64,000 nt of DNA from Lepidodermella squamata. Taxonomy: Eukaryota; Animalia; Gastrotricha. The stretch is from contig JBLDXI010000007.1 of NCBI GenBank assembly GCA_047495785.1, positions 4,278,001 through 4,342,000 of the forward strand. Reading direction: 5' to 3'. The notes beneath the pieces were generated by a model that saw only the letters and a program-made list of their open reading frames with translations, searched no databases and was not told the DNA's origin. Shown here in pieces: positions 59,169-64,000 of the stretch. A program made the translations under genes and the position numbers. Position 1 is the first letter of the stretch, and every line of letters starts with the position of its first letter.

Positions 59169-60527
59169 ATGAAGTTAATTTCAGCATCGCTGCTGATAGC
59201 ACTGGCATACGCCGTCTCGGCTGAGGAATGCCTATGCCCATGCGCTAACAAGGCCTGCGAGTGTCTGAAGTGTCTCGTTGAAATGGGCCCCCAGCCTGGC
59301 TACCCCGATGAGTGCGGCAACTGGTGCGAGTTGACCTACGACTTTCGCCCGCAACACCCCATGACTAGGCCCAGTGCCACCCCGACAAAACCGCCGGGCC
59401 TCACAACGCCGGCTGGGCAAGTTTGGTCGCCGAAATGCGCTAACTTACAACTGGAGAGTCCCACTAGCATTTCGGTGATGGGCCACGTGCCGCTGGTGTT
59501 CACCGGCGACTGCATGTCGAAGTCTTTCGATGGCCACGTGGCGTGTACCTTCAACGACGGGACACAGGGCCCGATCGTAGTCGAGGGTAAAGTCAATGAA
59601 GAGCGGGCTATTTGCTACGCTCCATTTTTGTACAGCCTCGAACCAGTCGCCGTTACGGTTGACATAAATATGACAACAGGAAATGCGTTTAGGAAGGAGT
59701 TCAAGGTTCCGGTTGACCGCTCGACGCCTGTTGTATCAGTTGAAGACGATGGAAACATTTCGCTCAAGTTTACGTGGCGACTCGGCGATTTTACGCCAAT
59801 CGCCCTAACACCTCTAGTGTCGAAAGTGGACGTCGTGCTTGTGTGGTTCAACCCTACAACGCGACGCTTCGATGAAGTGCGAAAACTCGCGACCGATGTC
59901 GATTTTACTCCTGGGTTGGTGGTCCAGCTCAAATTGCCGGCGGTGGAAGTGTTAACAAGCCGACCGGCCTTATTCGCGAGTTCCTTCGTCACTATTGCCA
60001 TTAAGCCAGCTAGGTATGGCGATAGTAACCTCGAGCACGCATTCCGCAACGAAGCAGCCGCGTTCTCTGCCTTTATCCCCGCGCTCTACATGTTCGCGGA
60101 ACTGCGCAACTACTCAGATGGCGTGTGCATGGCGTGGTACCAGTACACTACAAGGATGACATCGCCCCCAGTCGCCTGTGCACCAACAGCCGAAGAAGGC
60201 TTCATCCCAAAAGCCAGTGATAAGTACTCGAGTGGCTACTCACAAGCGTTCAAGAGTTCCGAGTTGCGTGATGTCTATGAATTGGTGTTGCCGCAGGGTT
60301 ACCACGGCACCGGCCACGAGTGCTTCTACGACAGAGCGACTGGCAGCCTGGTCAGCGACTGGCGGCTAGGCGCGGGCTCGGCCGACCTCGTGAGCTTGTT
60401 CAAGGATGAACGTGAGCACTACTTCAACGACGAGGTGCCGTGGTTTGCTTGCTGCTGGGGGCGCAGCTACGCTGAAGCGAGGCAAACTTGCGAACTCTAC
60501 TTCAACGCTCGCCCGGCCTCGTCGTAG
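59169..60527 (+). CDS. Secreted protein: Cys-rich N-terminus, IPT/TIG-like domain and AMOP domain (SUSD2/Mesh-like module), intronless
   Basis: Signal peptide; VACTF..G..AICYAP (TIG-like); AMOP pattern CMAW..CAP..ECFY..G.L..GAGSAD..H..EVPWFACC..CELY..RP; no TM segment. Confidence 0.75.
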   Translation: MKLISASLLIALAYAVSAEECLCPCANKACECLKCLVEMGPQPGYPDECGNWCELTYDFRPQHPMTRPSATPTKPPGLTTPAGQVWSPKCANLQLESPTSISVMGHVPLVFTGDCMSKSFDGHVACTFNDGTQGPIVVEGKVNEERAICYAPFLYSLEPVAVTVDINMTTGNAFRKEFKVPVDRSTPVVSVEDDGNISLKFTWRLGDFTPIALTPLVSKVDVVLVWFNPTTRRFDEVRKLATDVDFTPGLVVQLKLPAVEVLTSRPALFASSFVTIAIKPARYGDSNLEHAFRNEAAAFSAFIPALYMFAELRNYSDGVCMAWYQYTTRMTSPPVACAPTAEEGFIPKASDKYSSGYSQAFKSSELRDVYELVLPQGYHGTGHECFYDRATGSLVSDWRLGAGSADLVSLFKDEREHYFNDEVPWFACCWGRSYAEARQTCELYFNARPASS

Positions 60528-60667
60528 ATGCGCCGTTTCGGCGGTTGATAGAGTGACAATCTTTTATTCCTGATACATTCTTAATCGATGTAATTCAAAA
60601 TGTACTTGTATCGACTAAATCGCAATACGTAGATAACTGATTTGATTAAAAATGAAAGCAATTTAGC

Positions 60668-61125
60668 GGGGAGCACGTGGCTTAATCGTTAAGCGTCCGC
60701 TGTGGTTTCTCAGAAGTTCAGTGGTTCGCTTTCAAGTCACGGCGCGTGTGTAACTGAGCAGAACACTTAACCTCTACTGCTCCGGCTGAGTGGCAACAAT
60801 ACCCTCGGTGGCCGATCCTCCTCGTCGGAACCAATCACCTCGGTCAGCAATAGCCGAGCGAAGCCACACGACACTCGTCTAGGTCGGTATGGTGCCAATG
60901 GAGCTTGCAGTGTCGCACAGTGCAAAAGATGGACGCCGACACGGACAGCAATACTCGTTGATCTTGGACATCACACCATCTGGCTCACACCCCCTATTTC
61001 TCTGCCTTCGGCCAGTAATAGCCACTAGAATAACACTTGAGTGTCTGTGATAAGTATGCCTTACTGTGTGCTACAATCATGCGTTTGATAATTGCCCGCC
61101 AATAAAGTTCAAGTTTGATTTTAAT
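60668..61125 (+). mobile_element. tRNA-derived SINE
   Basis: GGGG start, A-box-like tggcttaatcgtt, B-box-like ggttcg, ~450-bp body ending in AATAAA and an AT-rich tail; not a complete cloverleaf. Confidence 0.55.
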
Positions 61126-63211
61126 AATTTTCCCATTACGACTCACTTCAGTTTTGCCACGCGGTCTTCCTATAGACTCCTTTGGCGCCTCGAGAGATAG
61201 CAGGCTTATTTCAGCTAAAGTGCTGTTTTTGGTGATCCAACTTCAGCTCTACTTCGCTTAGAGACGAGCCTTCATGTATAAAGAAGCAGTAGATAAATCA
61301 TTGTCTTTCGGTCAATATTTGCAGTGAGTCTTGGTATATTCTATGCAGCCGTCATTAATAGAAACCCATTTTCATTTGACAACAGCGGAGCCGGGTACGC
61401 AGGCTCTTAGGCCGGCGCATTCTCAATGAGTATGATTCCGCCGCATTGATACTTGCATTTACAGCGTCCTCCGCTAGCACTGGCCCGGCGCGCATCTATT
61501 GGTACTCTCAAGAGCGAAAAAAGATGTAAAGAAGCGTTTTTCACGCTCTTCAACCAACTGACCAGTGTACATCACGCACACGGATGGGTAATTGATTTCG
61601 TGAACAGAAAGACACGCGATTGAAAAGTCGCACCTGTATCAATTAGCCGGTGTGTGAAAAAACCGGGCGTATCAATTATTCGTTGAGTGAGAAAAAATGT
61701 TGAAATAAACTCGGTGCTTGTACCCTCCTCAGTAGAGAAATTTTGCTGCGACAGAACAATTAAAAGGCTTTTTTGAAACATGTAATTAATTTTTTTTCTC
61801 AATTGCGTATGCAAAGGAACTAACGCCATCTTATCGCATGTTTAATGTGCGTTGAGCTCATTTTCTACCATTCAACTCGTGTTGGTTTACAACACTGTGA
61901 GTCGTTGACAGATTATTATTTTGTTTGCGTGATAATTACCGGCATATTTGAAGTAACTAAGCTGTATTTGTTACTGGTAATGTGTGATAAACTTTTTGAA
62001 AATTTGCGAGTACTTAACGCTTCACAACTATTTCACTTAGAAACTTAATCAAATCACCACCAGGTTTTTTTGGGTTTTTTCGTAAAACAAGATGCCCGTA
62101 GCCTAGGACCAAATCCACGAAAATATCCTCAGGATATTATGGACCTCAGTTGACTCCATAATAGGTTCTATCCTTGAGTAAACACTGTAGGCGTATCCAT
62201 AGCAATTAATACCTACAACACAACAGCCAAGTGCTGTCTATGTTTTTAGTATTTTTCTCTCGAATTACGGCTATTAACCGAATGTCCCGGGGCAGTCTCA
62301 ATCGATCGAAATTAGGACCCACTTTGTTTATTTTCTGGCAAATACCTTCTCAAGCTTCGGGCACTTGTTGACAGAAAATTGCACTTGACACCGTGGTTTT
62401 CTACCAATGTGCGTGTGCTTGTAAGCTATATCCGGTATTTGTAAACAAATTATAGCACGGGCAAATCGCTGATAAACATTCGAATTTTTTGAGATAGCCA
62501 TCGCATTCACAATTTAGACTGTCAGTAACATTTTGTCCTCAAAGGTCATCTCAGCCTTTTCAGACTCTTCTGTGACCTCTGCCTTTTCACGCATTCAAGT
62601 GCGCGGTGAAAAAATCCATTCACATAAAGCCGGCGGTTGGCTATTTTGTTTTTGCACTGCGTAGCCGGTGACATAGAGCCTTTGAGGCTATTTTCAGCTG
62701 CCATCCTTCAGTCGCAGAATATTTCCCCGGAAAATTTTACCGGCATCATCCATTAATATTGTCCCATTTAATTCACGCTTACTCTACTCCCAGGATTCTG
62801 CACAAGGGTTGGAATTCCCTGATTAAATTATAGTTCAACCTGTGCAAATTTACCTCAAACCAGTTAGCTATTCCAGAGAGCGAAGTACCACTAGGGATGG
62901 TAGGGATCATCCCTACCAGTTCCATCGGTCCGTACGGTGAGCTCATTCAAAGACCAAAAGGGGGAGGGACCCTTATGTCGATTCTTGCGATCCTAACCAG
63001 TTCCGCGGCCCTAATACTTCGCTCTGTGTTTTATTCGAATCGAACAATTTTATTCCAATTAAATGTTGAGATTTTCTCTGCTACGGCACTGAGTTATGGT
63101 TTTGTAGAAATTATGATACTATTGAACTTATTTTTTTGCTGTCATTATGATGCTATGGTTCTTCAGATTTAATTTAATCCTTCCGTTTTTTGCAGACGAA
63201 TTATTAATCAA

Positions 63212-64000
63212 ATGATCGCAGTGCGTGGTTCCCGAGTGATCCCCTCCTGCCTCCTGTTCGCCCTCATTTTAGGCCAACCGCCTCTCAACAATGGCGAACA
63301 GCCACCACAAATAGATTTCAGCAAGCGGCATCACTCAGTGCCCCCATTATCAACATCAGCAAGTAGTGGAGCCCTCAATAAAATGCTCCAGCTCATCGAC
63401 GAAGGGGCTGACATCAACGAATTCGACTGGCTGGGCCAAACCGCGCTGCACATGGTCGCGAAATTCCAGCAGACAAAAGCAGCTAGACTGCTGTTAGAAC
63501 GCGGCGCGAATTGCTGCATAGCAAATGCTGATTTCGAAGAAACCCCGCTTCATCTAGCCGCGAAAACGGGGAGCCTAGCTATCATTCAAATGTTGATTGA
63601 CCGTGGGGCGAATGTGAATGCCCAGATTTCGAAGCAAATCCACCCTGGAGGCACGCCTTTCTTATACGGGGCCTACTACGACGGGAATTCATTCGCGACG
63701 GCCAAGTTACTGCTAGAAAACGGGGCTGATGTAACCCAGACCAATAGTTACGGCCAAACGGGGCTGCATCTCTACGTCGAACATTTGAATCTGAGAGCTG
63801 TGACGGTTATGGTTGGCCGATTCGGAGCTGATCCGAATATTCGAAACGAGGCAGGATGTACGCCGTTGAATATCTTAACTATGCAAGCCAACGAAAATAG
63901 GAACCATCCAAACCTAATTCAAATCGCGTCTTACCTGTTAGAAACCGGCGCTGCTGTCAATGCGAGATGTGCTGGGGAGAATGGCAGTAAGAGAACTCCT
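63212..64000 (+). CDS. Ankyrin-repeat protein, 3'-partial (absent from ORF track because it runs off the window)
   Basis: Open frame with GADIN..GQTALH, LLERGAN..ETPLHLAA, LIDRGANVN..GTPF, LLENGADV..GQTGLH, GADPN..GCTPL. Confidence 0.9.
   Translation, partial: MIAVRGSRVIPSCLLFALILGQPPLNNGEQPPQIDFSKRHHSVPPLSTSASSGALNKMLQLIDEGADINEFDWLGQTALHMVAKFQQTKAARLLLERGANCCIANADFEETPLHLAAKTGSLAIIQMLIDRGANVNAQISKQIHPGGTPFLYGAYYDGNSFATAKLLLENGADVTQTNSYGQTGLHLYVEHLNLRAVTVMVGRFGADPNIRNEAGCTPLNILTMQANENRNHPNLIQIASYLLETGAAVNARCAGENGSKRTP

Noticed and set aside
60668-60745. tRNA gene
   Set aside because: Only A/B-box-like motifs, no proper cloverleaf, and it continues into a SINE-like body.

Overview
This window is eukaryotic DNA, apparently from an invertebrate animal, with many short (~45-60 nt) GT-AG introns; the taxon cannot be determined from sequence alone. 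It is a dense cluster of receptor and secreted-protein genes. There are five divergent Cys-loop pentameric ligand-gated ion channel (pLGIC) genes and three GABA-B-like class C GPCRs. Also present: a lipase-fold gene lacking the catalytic Ser, a degenerate sulfotransferase, a CCCH-finger/DEAH-like helicase/RBR E3 ligase gene with lesions, a MACPF pore-former, an AMOP protein, an ankyrin protein, small secreted or membrane ORFs, LINEs, a SINE and MITEs. The main result comes from hand-splicing. Two pLGIC genes (1661-4542 and 23629-36776) encode signal peptide + L-type (ConA/ERGIC-53-like) lectin domain(s) + Thr/Ser stalk + Cys-loop channel with a very short M3-M4 loop. The second gene is hidden from the ORF track by a full-length LINE and a 4.6-kb repeat-rich intron. 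These are candidate glycan-sensing or glycan-tethered ion channels. A second hidden module is a small single-pass, Cys-tailed microprotein gene directly upstream of each of two tandem pLGIC genes. All exon models are manual inferences, and family calls rest on motif recognition without database searches.
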